A stretch of DNA of 48,004 bases from Kiritimatiellia bacterium (GTDB taxonomy: Bacteria; Verrucomicrobiota; Kiritimatiellia; RFP12; JAAYLN01). Positions 27,866 through 36,201 of this stretch are shown piece by piece. Location: the NCBI GenBank assembly GCA_017458965.1, contig JAFSZJ010000014.1:1-48004 (forward strand). The letters are read 5' to 3'. The stretch's first letter is position 1; each line of letters starts with the position of its first letter. Made by a program: the position numbers and the translations under genes. The notes beneath the pieces are model-generated. The model made no database searches, had not been told where the DNA came from, and was given only the letters and a program-made list of their open reading frames with translations.

Positions 27866-29218
27866 ATGAAAGGATCAGTGACGCATATGAATGACAGACT
27901 GCCCATCCCCCCTCTTCCCCCTCCGGACGCCCCGGCGACGATAAACTACGACGAAGCCGCGATACCGCCGTACGAAACGCCCGAGGTGCTGCGCTTCGCT
28001 GACGGCAGACCCGTAGTGCTTGAGGACTGGCAGGCGCGCCGCCGCGAGATGCTGGATGTCCTCGCTTCAGAGATGTACGGGCGCGAACCTCCGCCCCCGG
28101 AGGCCTTCGAATGGGAGGTCATCGAGGAAGGCCCTACATTCGGCGGTCTGGGCATCCGCCGCCAGTGCCGCGTCTGGTTCCGCAAGGACCGTACGGGGCC
28201 GTATCTCGATTGGCTCGTGCTGCTTCCCAACCGGCCGGCCGGAATGAACCCGATCGTCGATGGCGGACGCGTCGTCCGCGAGGCCTCATCGCCAGCCCCC
28301 GTCATCCTCTTCCTCAACTACCACGGCAACCACGCCCTCCTTGACGATCCGGAGGTCGTAATCCCGGACAACGTGTGGGTACACATCTCGGAATCGCGCC
28401 AGGACGGCACTTTCGCCCTGCGTGAGGGGATGCGCGCATTCGATCGCAGGACATGCGACCGCCGCACCTTCCCCGCCGAAACCATTCTCGCGCGCGGTTA
28501 CGCCATAATGAGCTGCTGCTACGGTCAGATCTCGCCCGACGTGGAGGTCGGAAAAGGCGACCCGCTTGATCTGGCGTGGACCGGGGTCTTCGACCTCTGG
28601 GGCCGTCGCGACCCGCAAAGCCCCGACGAGCCTACGGCGCTCGGCGCATGGGCGTGGGCGCTCTCGCGCGGGCTAGACCTGGCGGAGCGACAACCGGAGA
28701 TCGACGCCTCGCGCGCCATCGTCACCGGCAGTTCCCGCCTGGGGAAGTCGGCTCTGCTGGCTGGCGCCCGCGACGAGCGTTTCGCGGTCGTGGCCCCGAA
28801 CCAGACGGGTGGCGGCGGCGCCCCGCTCGCCAAGCGCTTCTTCGGCGAGAACGTCTTCACGGAGATAAAGGCATTCCCGCATTGGTACTGCCCTGCCTAC
28901 CGCCGCTACGCGGAGAACGAGTCGGCAATGCCATTCGACCAGCACTGGCTCCTGGCCTGCGTCGCGCCGCGGGCGCTCCTCGTCGAGGGCTTCGGCGAGG
29001 CGTGGTTCGACGCGAAGGGCGAATTCCTCGCCTGCCGCGCCGCCTCGCCCGCATGGGAGCTCCACGGACTTCCAGGCATGCCGCCCGGCGACTTCCCAAA
29101 GGCGTGGGACGAATCCTTCATCGGCCAGAGCCTCGGCTATGTCTGGCGCGGCGGTCTCCACGGCCTCTCCGCCTACGACTGGAACTGGATGATCGACTTC
29201 GCCGAACGCAGGTGGTGA
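27866..29218 (+). CDS. CE15-like glucuronoyl esterase (alpha/beta hydrolase)
   Basis: VTGSSRLGKSALLAGARDERFAVVAPNQTGGGGAP matches the bacterial CE15 G-x-S-R-x-G-K nucleophile region. The C-terminal GGLHGLSAYDWNWMIDFA matches the His region. Confidence 0.65.
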   Translation: MKGSVTHMNDRLPIPPLPPPDAPATINYDEAAIPPYETPEVLRFADGRPVVLEDWQARRREMLDVLASEMYGREPPPPEAFEWEVIEEGPTFGGLGIRRQCRVWFRKDRTGPYLDWLVLLPNRPAGMNPIVDGGRVVREASSPAPVILFLNYHGNHALLDDPEVVIPDNVWVHISESRQDGTFALREGMRAFDRRTCDRRTFPAETILARGYAIMSCCYGQISPDVEVGKGDPLDLAWTGVFDLWGRRDPQSPDEPTALGAWAWALSRGLDLAERQPEIDASRAIVTGSSRLGKSALLAGARDERFAVVAPNQTGGGGAPLAKRFFGENVFTEIKAFPHWYCPAYRRYAENESAMPFDQHWLLACVAPRALLVEGFGEAWFDAKGEFLACRAASPAWELHGLPGMPPGDFPKAWDESFIGQSLGYVWRGGLHGLSAYDWNWMIDFAERRW

Positions 29219-29282
29219 ACGCCGAATGGCGGGGGTGTCCCCCGGCTCAATGCGCCTGTCGGTGATGTGACATTGTCTGGCC

Positions 29283-31751
29283 ATGGAAACTCTGCGCAAC
29301 CTCACGCTCGAGATCAGCTCCAAGGCGCTCCACGACCAATCGCCCGGTGCGGTGGAGCGCGCCTTCCGTACCGCCTTCCGCCAGTGGCGTCCTTTGGCTG
29401 ATAGGGCAAAGCGCCTGTCGGTTCTCCTATGGACGGCGGACGGCAGCGAACTCCTCGACTGGTCGGGCGACTTCACGGACACCTTCGAATGGGCCTGCTG
29501 GTGCGGTTGCGCGAACCGCCCGCCGCCCACCGGTCCCACGACCACCCGCCAGAGGCGCAATTCGCAGGTCATCCCAAAGAAGGTATTTCCCGATGCGGAA
29601 TGCGCCCCGCGCCCGTACGCATGGCTGCGCGATGTCGTGGCGTTGGCACGAGCCGCCGCGCACGACGAACTGGGGCGGGATATCCGCGTCGGAACGACCT
29701 TCGACGGTGGCCCGGAGTTCGCGATCTCCGGCTTCAAGTACCGGCGCCACCGGGAAGCGATGCTCGGCGACGCCGTATTCAAGGGGAGCTTCCTCTCCTG
29801 CGACGCGACGCTCCACGCCGACGGGCGCCGCTACGCGGCATTTCCGAACGGCATCCCCGAAGGACTCTCCATCGGCTCGTTTCTGGGGGCGCAGTATCGC
29901 GCATTCGCGCACGACTTCGGCTTCGACTACATCTGGCTCTCAAACGGGATGGGCTTCGGCCGCGAGCCATGGGGCGTGGTGGGCGCGCTCTTCGACAAGA
30001 AGTCGTTCCATCCGGAGCGCATCGATGACGCCTCCGGGCGGATGATGGGCTTCTGGCGAGACTTTTTCGCGGCCTGTCCCGACGCCATGGTCGAAACCCG
30101 TGGCAGCAACTATTCCGCAGGAGTGGAGATGGCGTCGGACGCCGCGCCTCTCGCCGAGCTCTACCGCGATGGCCGGATAGAGCCGCCGGTTAACTCCCCA
30201 TGGGCGGCGCTCAACTTCGACACCGGCCTCGAACTCGCGGCGTGGATGTCGCATGTCGCCGAGCTTCCGGCAGGACGGGGCTTCCCGTTCCGCTTCTACA
30301 TCCACGACCCGTGGTTCCTCAATAGCCCGTGGCTCGACCGCTACGGGCGCGAGCCTTGGGACCTCTTCGCGCCGCTCTCCGTGTGCCGCCTCGGATCCGA
30401 CGGCTCCGTGCAGACGCCTGACAGCGTGGCCCTGCTTTCCGTGGACGATACGCTTGGCCGCATGCCGGAAATCGTCCCGCGCGAGGTCGCGCCGCTCATC
30501 ATCGACGCGCTCGAGACGGCCCCAGACCGCGCCGGCCCGATCACTTGGGTCTATCCCTTCGACGAGTATGCGGACGCCGTTTCCGCCGGCGTCGCCACCT
30601 CGGACTCGCTCGCCCGCGTCTTCAATGAGGACATGTTTCTTGGCGAGGCGCTGCAAGGCGGCCTTCCGCTGAACACCGTGGTCTCCACGCGCATCTGGCG
30701 GGAACTGGCGGCGAAGGCTTCCAGCCAATCGTCGGCTGTCCGCCATCCGTCGCTTTTCATCGTCCCCGTTTCCGCACTTCATTCATCAAGCAACCTCGCG
30801 GCGATGGAGGCCTTTGCGGCGAAGGGCGCGGGTTTAATCGTGTACGGCCCGCTGGCTGGCGCGCCAATGGCGCTGCTTGCCCGCCTCGGCCTTTCGGTCG
30901 CGGAGCCGCTTGGAGGTGACTTCACCGTGGAAACGCTCCTGCCAGGCGACATGTTCGAAAAGGATGGCGTCGCCCAACGCATACGCGTAATTCCGGCGTT
31001 CGACGGTGGCGGTCTGACCGAGGTGCCGGCAAAGGAGAGCGACGCACAGATCCTTGCCTGGGCGGAAGCGGGGAATGGCTCGCGCCGGGTGTTGGCTTCG
31101 CGTAACGGGGCCTTCGCGTATGTCCGTTCCGTGACGCCGAGCGATGGGGAAGGAGAGGTTCACCATTGCCGGTTCGACCATGCCCCCGCAACGCGGGTCT
31201 TTCCGGTCGAACGCCTCGCCCGCCACCTTCTTGGCGCGACGTTCGGCTGGAGCATCCTCTCCGATGCGCCAACCGCTGGGACGCCGTTGCCGCGCACGAA
31301 CATCTCCCGCCATGGCAACGCGTTCATCTTCACGGTTTTTTCGCCGGATACGACCGCCAGCCTGCGTGTGCGTACGCCATACGGCGCACCGCTTCTGACA
31401 GAGCGCGAGACGCGCCTTCGCTCCGGTGCAGCCGAATGGCGTCCGGACAAGTCGTGGCGCCGCGAATGCAGGCTTTTCGTCGACGGGCAATGCGAGGGCG
31501 TTGTCGCAGTCAAGACGCATTTCGCCGCGCACCCGGGCTACGCCGGGCGGCTGCGTGTGCTGGGGCTTGATGGCGCTACGCTACGCTTCTTCCCGCCTGA
31601 TGGTTTCCGGGAGACAATCGAACTCGTCCGCACCCCTAACTGGTGGGAGGAGATGGGCGAGGATGTCGTCATGCCCGAATGGATCGAGACCCCGGATGGA
31701 ACCTGCGCGGTCTGGCATGGACTCTCCGGCTCCGTCTTCATCGCCTGGTAG
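29283..31751 (+). CDS. hypothetical 822-aa cytoplasmic protein, possible uncharacterised glycoside-hydrolase-like enzyme
   Basis: Long ORF with coding-like composition and no signal peptide. DFGFDYIWLSNGMGFG looks like a TIM-barrel glycosidase strand, but I cannot place the family. Confidence 0.5.
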   Translation: METLRNLTLEISSKALHDQSPGAVERAFRTAFRQWRPLADRAKRLSVLLWTADGSELLDWSGDFTDTFEWACWCGCANRPPPTGPTTTRQRRNSQVIPKKVFPDAECAPRPYAWLRDVVALARAAAHDELGRDIRVGTTFDGGPEFAISGFKYRRHREAMLGDAVFKGSFLSCDATLHADGRRYAAFPNGIPEGLSIGSFLGAQYRAFAHDFGFDYIWLSNGMGFGREPWGVVGALFDKKSFHPERIDDASGRMMGFWRDFFAACPDAMVETRGSNYSAGVEMASDAAPLAELYRDGRIEPPVNSPWAALNFDTGLELAAWMSHVAELPAGRGFPFRFYIHDPWFLNSPWLDRYGREPWDLFAPLSVCRLGSDGSVQTPDSVALLSVDDTLGRMPEIVPREVAPLIIDALETAPDRAGPITWVYPFDEYADAVSAGVATSDSLARVFNEDMFLGEALQGGLPLNTVVSTRIWRELAAKASSQSSAVRHPSLFIVPVSALHSSSNLAAMEAFAAKGAGLIVYGPLAGAPMALLARLGLSVAEPLGGDFTVETLLPGDMFEKDGVAQRIRVIPAFDGGGLTEVPAKESDAQILAWAEAGNGSRRVLASRNGAFAYVRSVTPSDGEGEVHHCRFDHAPATRVFPVERLARHLLGATFGWSILSDAPTAGTPLPRTNISRHGNAFIFTVFSPDTTASLRVRTPYGAPLLTERETRLRSGAAEWRPDKSWRRECRLFVDGQCEGVVAVKTHFAAHPGYAGRLRVLGLDGATLRFFPPDGFRETIELVRTPNWWEEMGEDVVMPEWIETPDGTCAVWHGLSGSVFIAW

Positions 31752-31769
31752 AAGCAGCCACTCCCCGGG

Positions 31770-31778
31770 TGATATAAT
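31770..31778 (+). promoter_or_regulatory. extended -10 element TGaTATAAT, 7 nt upstream of ATG 31786 (leaderless-type geometry)
   Basis: TATAAT 31773-31778, then cccgcct, then ATG. Confidence 0.4.
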
Positions 31779-31785
31779 CCCGCCT

Positions 31786-32655
31786 ATGGGAAGATGGTCA
31801 ATTCGAGCATTTCTCGCGTCAGCCGTGTCGCTTGCAGCGCTCGCCCTTTTTCTGTTCGTCCTTTTTCTAATCGCTCAGAACGATGTCGGCCGAGTCATCA
31901 ACGCATGGGCGCTCTTCTTTCTGGTCCTCTTCGTCGCTCTGGGACTCGGGCTCGCGGCCTGGGCCTTCCGTTCGCGGCGGCTTGTCCGTGCCGCCAAAAT
32001 CACGGCGTTTGCCTCACCTGTCGTATTCCTTCTCTGGTATTCGTGGAACTGGGCGACTTTTCTGCGCTTCCCCGACATTCCGTCGGAAACGGTACTGTTC
32101 AGCCACAATTGGAGATGGTCGGTCGACGGGAACGGCGACGCCGTCCTTCTCCCGGAAACGCGGCAAGGGTTGTGTCCATGCGACGGCATGACCTTCCGTC
32201 CACCGCGCAGCGATCCGCTTGCTTGCCCACCGCCGCCGGAACTCCGATTTGAAGGCGCTGCACCGCGCCTCAGGTCATCCGCATGGGCGCTGCCCGTCGC
32301 CACGAAAGCGCTTGCAGCGTTGGCGGACCCAGCCGCACCGCCCCCGGAACAGGTTTGCCAGACCAGGGGACTTGACGATCTCGCGCCGGACGCCATTGGA
32401 TACTCGATGCATGTCATGGCCGCGCCGCTCGTCCGCGAGGGCATGGTCCGCCTGATCTCCGTTGGCGGGGCAGCGCCGACAGCCGCCGACATCGCCGCAG
32501 GACACTATCCGCCCGGACGGGTTCTCGAACTCATCACGGCAAAGCCGCAGGATGGCAATTTGCGCAAACTCGCCGCGTTTCTCCGCTCCCCCATGGGCCG
32601 CGCTCTCCTCGCTTCTGCCGGCTTCATCCCCGTTTCCCCCGATGACAATGGGTAA
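31786..32655 (+). CDS. membrane protein (about 3 TM) with C-terminal periplasmic-binding-protein-like segment
   Basis: The start at ATG 31786 (MGRWSIRAFLASAVSLAALALFLFVLFLI) removes the overlap of ORF 31426..32655 with the upstream gene. The C-terminus GHYPPGRVLELI...LAAFLRSPMGRALLASAGFIPV resembles the PstS-like PBP_like_2 tail. Confidence 0.55.
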   Translation: MGRWSIRAFLASAVSLAALALFLFVLFLIAQNDVGRVINAWALFFLVLFVALGLGLAAWAFRSRRLVRAAKITAFASPVVFLLWYSWNWATFLRFPDIPSETVLFSHNWRWSVDGNGDAVLLPETRQGLCPCDGMTFRPPRSDPLACPPPPELRFEGAAPRLRSSAWALPVATKALAALADPAAPPPEQVCQTRGLDDLAPDAIGYSMHVMAAPLVREGMVRLISVGGAAPTAADIAAGHYPPGRVLELITAKPQDGNLRKLAAFLRSPMGRALLASAGFIPVSPDDNG

Positions 32656-34948
32656 ATACATGCACCACACTTCCTTCGTACTTCGCACTTTTTACTTTGT
32701 ACTTGCGGCGGCGCTGGCTGTCTCCGCGGCCAGCGCCGCACGCCCCGTCGCGCGGTGGGATGTTGTGCCCGACCAGCGTATTTCCGGCGTTTTCAACGCC
32801 GGCGTCTGCGCCTTCAACGAGGACGGTGTGTCCGTGGAGTTCTCCGTTGATGGCAAAGTCATGCATGTTGCGGACGCGCCGGCGCTTAATCCAAGAACCG
32901 GCGTCTGGGAATATGTATTTCCGGTCGATACGGCCACCCTGGCCGACGGCCCCGTAATCCTTGGCGCCCGCGCCATTACGAAAGGCGCGTCTTCGGAGGA
33001 ATACGACCTTCCGCCGCTCCCGCTCTATGCGAACAGCGGTGGCTCGCTCACCGTCGCGGACACTCTCTGGGTCGATGCCGCAAAGGGCGACGACGCAGCC
33101 GACGGTACGAAAGCCGCCCCGCTGTGCACCCTCGCCGCAGCCGTCAAGCGGATGAAGGCCGGCGGAACAATCCTCCTGATGGCTGGCGAGTATTCCTCCG
33201 ATGGTTTGAATGGTGGTTCAAAGCGCCCATACTGGACCACGATCACGGCTGCGCCCGGGGTTGACCGCGACGATGTCCAGATCGGCCCGGGGCGGCCAGG
33301 CACGCAGCGCCTCCGCTTCCGTGGCGTGACGCTCTACTGCGACGCCAAGTCCGGCTACGCAACCATTCTTGCCGGGGAGAACGGCAACAACTCGGTCTGG
33401 CTTGACGACTGCAAGTGCTACAACCGACAGGGGCGTTGGAGCGCCAATTCAAATGTCTTCGGGAACCGCTATGTCGGCTATGTCACGGGTGGCATCACCA
33501 CGGAAATGAACAACGGCCCTGGGGCCGACTTGATCCGAGACCACGAAGTCCGCAGGATCGCCTCGGATGTATGGACCGGCTCGAACAAGCTGGTGGTGAA
33601 CTGTACGGCCACCGATGTGGACGCCGGATCGACCGGCGCCCACCCCGATTTCCACCAGTCGTACGCCGTCGAACCGGGCTGGGTGCATGACGTGATCCTC
33701 TACAACGTCACCGGATACAACTGTAGGTGCCAGGGGCTGTTCGGTCTACGCCTGCGCGATTCCGCCTTCGTCAACGTCGTCTTCGAGCGCACGGAGGACA
33801 CGAAGTTCTACACGCAGTATTCGGGGCCTATGGACAATGTGCTCTTCGCGCATGTCACTTTGCTGAACCAGACCTGGGCCTGGCGCGCAAGCTTCTCGCC
33901 CAGCGATGTCCGTGTCATCAACTGTTGCATGAGGGAGATGGCGGAATGGTCCGACGCCCACCTCGATGGTTCCGGCACGAACGGACTTCTGGTCTCGAAC
34001 TGCTTCTTTTATAATGAAAAGGGAAGGTTCGGCCTCAACGCGCTTTCCGGCGACCCGGGGTTCGCCGATCCTTCGGCGTCGGACTACTCGTTCAGACCGG
34101 ACTCCCCGGCCCTTGCCAACTTCCGTCCGCTCCAGTGCGTTCCGATCGATTTCCGCGGCAAGCCGTTCCGAGACGCCTCATGGAAGGTAGATGAGGTGAA
34201 TATGGACCATGCTTGGCGCTTCGCCGATTGCGCGGCGATCAAATCGGGAAGCGCGAGGCTGTATCGTGCGACCGGCAACCGCAGGAACGTGACAGTCGGC
34301 GTCAACGCAGGGCATGGGACGGATGGCGGACAGTCCGTCAAGACATACTGCCATCCAGACAGGTCGCCTAAGGTCACCGGGGGCACGACGGCGGCCGGCG
34401 CGATCATGGCTGTCGCGGTTTCCGGCGGCATGACCTTCAAGGACGGGACGAAGGAGGCGCAGGTCACGCTGGAAGCCGCGAGGCTATTGAGGGACGGGCT
34501 GCTCGCGAATGGGTATGACGTCCTCATGCTGAGGGATGGGGACGACGTGCAGCTCGACAACGTCGCCCGCACCGTCATCGCCAACAACGTCGCGGACTGC
34601 CTGATATCGCTGCACTGGGACGGCGACGGCCTCGGATATGACAAAGGCTGCTTCTACATATCCGTGCCGGAGGGGCTGAAGAACATGGTACCGGTTTCGG
34701 AGCGCTGGCGTGAGCATGAGAAGCTCGGGGCTGCGCTCATCGCGGGACTCGGAGTCAAGGGGTGCAGGATACACGGCGACGGGAAGGTGGCCATAGACCT
34801 GACGCAGACCTCGTACAGCACAATCCCTTCTGTCGATGTCGAGCTCGGGAACCAGTGCTCGACCCATGACAATGCGGCGCTATCGACGATCGCCGAAGGA
34901 TTGCTTGAAGGCGTCGAGGCGTTCTTCGGTCCTGCGGAAACGCCGTAG
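32642..34948 (+). CDS. secreted right-handed beta-helix protein fused to a C-terminal Amidase_3 (N-acetylmuramoyl-L-alanine amidase) domain
   Basis: Signal peptide (FVLRTFYFVLAAALAVSAASAARP). LWVDAAKGDDAADGTKAAPLCTLAAAVKRMKAGGTILLMAGEY is a typical beta-helix/DUF1565 cap. The C-terminal NAGHGTDGG...EAQVTLEAARLL...ADCLISLHWDG...VDVELGN fits Amidase_3 Zn/catalytic positions. The start at 32642 or 32648 overlaps the upstream stop. Confidence 0.7.
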   Translation: MTMGKYMHHTSFVLRTFYFVLAAALAVSAASAARPVARWDVVPDQRISGVFNAGVCAFNEDGVSVEFSVDGKVMHVADAPALNPRTGVWEYVFPVDTATLADGPVILGARAITKGASSEEYDLPPLPLYANSGGSLTVADTLWVDAAKGDDAADGTKAAPLCTLAAAVKRMKAGGTILLMAGEYSSDGLNGGSKRPYWTTITAAPGVDRDDVQIGPGRPGTQRLRFRGVTLYCDAKSGYATILAGENGNNSVWLDDCKCYNRQGRWSANSNVFGNRYVGYVTGGITTEMNNGPGADLIRDHEVRRIASDVWTGSNKLVVNCTATDVDAGSTGAHPDFHQSYAVEPGWVHDVILYNVTGYNCRCQGLFGLRLRDSAFVNVVFERTEDTKFYTQYSGPMDNVLFAHVTLLNQTWAWRASFSPSDVRVINCCMREMAEWSDAHLDGSGTNGLLVSNCFFYNEKGRFGLNALSGDPGFADPSASDYSFRPDSPALANFRPLQCVPIDFRGKPFRDASWKVDEVNMDHAWRFADCAAIKSGSARLYRATGNRRNVTVGVNAGHGTDGGQSVKTYCHPDRSPKVTGGTTAAGAIMAVAVSGGMTFKDGTKEAQVTLEAARLLRDGLLANGYDVLMLRDGDDVQLDNVARTVIANNVADCLISLHWDGDGLGYDKGCFYISVPEGLKNMVPVSERWREHEKLGAALIAGLGVKGCRIHGDGKVAIDLTQTSYSTIPSVDVELGNQCSTHDNAALSTIAEGLLEGVEAFFGPAETP
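32669..32707 (+). repeat. about 5 x 7-nt repeat ACTTNNN inside the signal-peptide coding region
   Basis: acttcct(tcgt) acttcgc acttttt actttgt acttgcg; encodes TSFVLRTFYFVLA. Confidence 0.75.
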
Positions 34949-35214
34949 AATGCGCGTGATTCGTGGACGACCGCCTTTCGCATCCCCGATTCGCAAATTT
35001 CTGCTTGCGCGGGGGGAGGGCGATTTGGTACACTTCTTCATTGCTGTCAAGAGGAACAGGATTTCCGGAACAGCGTCCCACATAGTGATGCGATGTGCGA
35101 GATCGGCCGCGGGAGCGGCTGGTTCTTGTCTTTCCACGCGGAAGCGAAGGGGAGGGGACATGCGAAGGATGGCCAAGGACGATTGAAGCGACCAACAACA
35201 AAGGATCGACTCAA

Positions 35215-35631
35215 ATGCCGACAATCAACCAGTTAGTGCGCAAGGGCCGCAAGCAGGCGACCAACAAGTCGAAGTCGCCCGCGCTCAAGCGCTGCCCGCA
35301 GCGCCGCGGCGTCTGCCTGCTCGTGAAGACGCAGACCCCCAAGAAGCCGAACTCGGCTCTGCGCAAGGTGGCCCGTGTGCGCCTCACCTCCGGCTACGAA
35401 GTGACCGCCTACATCCCCGGCGAGGGCCACAACCTCCAGGAGCACAGCGTCGTACTCGTCCGCGGCGGCCGCGTCAAGGATCTTCCTGGCGTCCGCTACC
35501 ACATCGTCCGCGGCACCCTCGACTCCCTCGGCGGCGCCGGCCCCTCCAACACCAACAAGCTCGAGCGCAAGGTCAGCCGCTCCAAGTACGGCGTCAAGCG
35601 CACGAAGGGCCCGGCCACGGCCAAAAAGTAG
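35215..35631 (+). CDS. rpsL: 30S ribosomal protein S12
   Basis: [13 protein letters not shown]...[15 protein letters not shown]...[16 protein letters not shown] 35215 lies inside the longer ORF 35095..35631. Confidence 0.95.
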   Translation: MPTINQLVRKGRKQATNKSKSPALKRCPQRRGVCLLVKTQTPKKPNSALRKVARVRLTSGYEVTAYIPGEGHNLQEHSVVLVRGGRVKDLPGVRYHIVRGTLDSLGGAGPSNTNKLERKVSRSKYGVKRTKGPATAKK

Positions 35632-35656
35632 CATTTGAGCGGAGGCATAGCTAACC

Positions 35657-36127
35657 ATGTCAAGAAGGCGTAAGACCATCAAGCGCGGCATCACCCCCGA
35701 TCCGAAGTTCAACAGCGAACTCGTCGCGAAGGTCATCCGCAGCCTCATGAAGAGCGGCAAGAAGACCACGAGCGAGCGCATCGTGTACGGTGCCATCGAG
35801 GAGCTCCGCGAGAAGACCGGCGAGGATCCGATCCAGGTCCTCGACACCGCCATCGGCAACATGAAGCCGAAGGTGGAGGTCAAGTCCCGCCGCGTCGGCG
35901 GCACGACCTACCAGGTCCCGGTCGAGATCCGTCCGGCCCGCCAGCTGGCGATGGCCCTCCGCTGGATGAGCCAGTACGCCCACGGCCGTCGCGGCATGCC
36001 GATGCCGAAGGCCGTAGCCGCTGAGCTTCTCGACGCCTACAAGGGCGAGGGCAACGTCATCAAGAAGCGTGACGACACCCACCGCATGGCCCAGGCCAAT
36101 AAGGCCTTCGCGCACTACGCATGGTAA
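35657..36127 (+). CDS. rpsG: 30S ribosomal protein S7
   Basis: MSRRRKTIKRGITPDPKFNS...GGTTYQVPVEIRP. Confidence 0.95.
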   Translation: MSRRRKTIKRGITPDPKFNSELVAKVIRSLMKSGKKTTSERIVYGAIEELREKTGEDPIQVLDTAIGNMKPKVEVKSRRVGGTTYQVPVEIRPARQLAMALRWMSQYAHGRRGMPMPKAVAAELLDAYKGEGNVIKKRDDTHRMAQANKAFAHYAW

Positions 36128-36135
36128 CGCTGTGA

Positions 36136-36171
36136 GGCCTTAAGGTCCTTAAAGTCCTTAAGGTCCTTAAA
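36136..36171. repeat. 4 x 9-nt tandem repeat G(G/T)CCTTAA(G/A)
   Basis: ggccttaag gtccttaaa gtccttaag gtccttaaa in the rpsG-fusA spacer. It contains the palindromes CTTAAG/CCTTAAGG. Confidence 0.9.
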
Positions 36172-36201
36172 GCCTGCAAGACCAGAACAGTTAAACGGAT
36201 T

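Noticed and set aside
28673-29782. 369-aa minus-strand ORF spanning the CE15 / 822-aa gene junction
   Set aside because: It is antisense to two long plus-strand ORFs, one of which has clear CE15 motifs, and it has no motifs of its own.
31426-31785. Upstream extension of the membrane-protein ORF (track start 31426)
   Set aside because: It would overlap the 822-aa gene by 326 nt and encodes Arg/Ser/Pro-rich non-protein-like sequence. ATG 31786 follows a TGaTATAAT element and begins the hydrophobic N-terminus.
34950-35186. 78-aa ORF (from ATG 34950) in the 266-nt spacer upstream of rpsL; also checked this spacer for a tRNA
   Set aside because: The translation is Arg-rich with no motif and mixed codon third positions. 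No T-loop-like GGTTCGAAT or cloverleaf features were seen. The region is probably the str operon promoter/leader, but I could not locate convincing hexamers.
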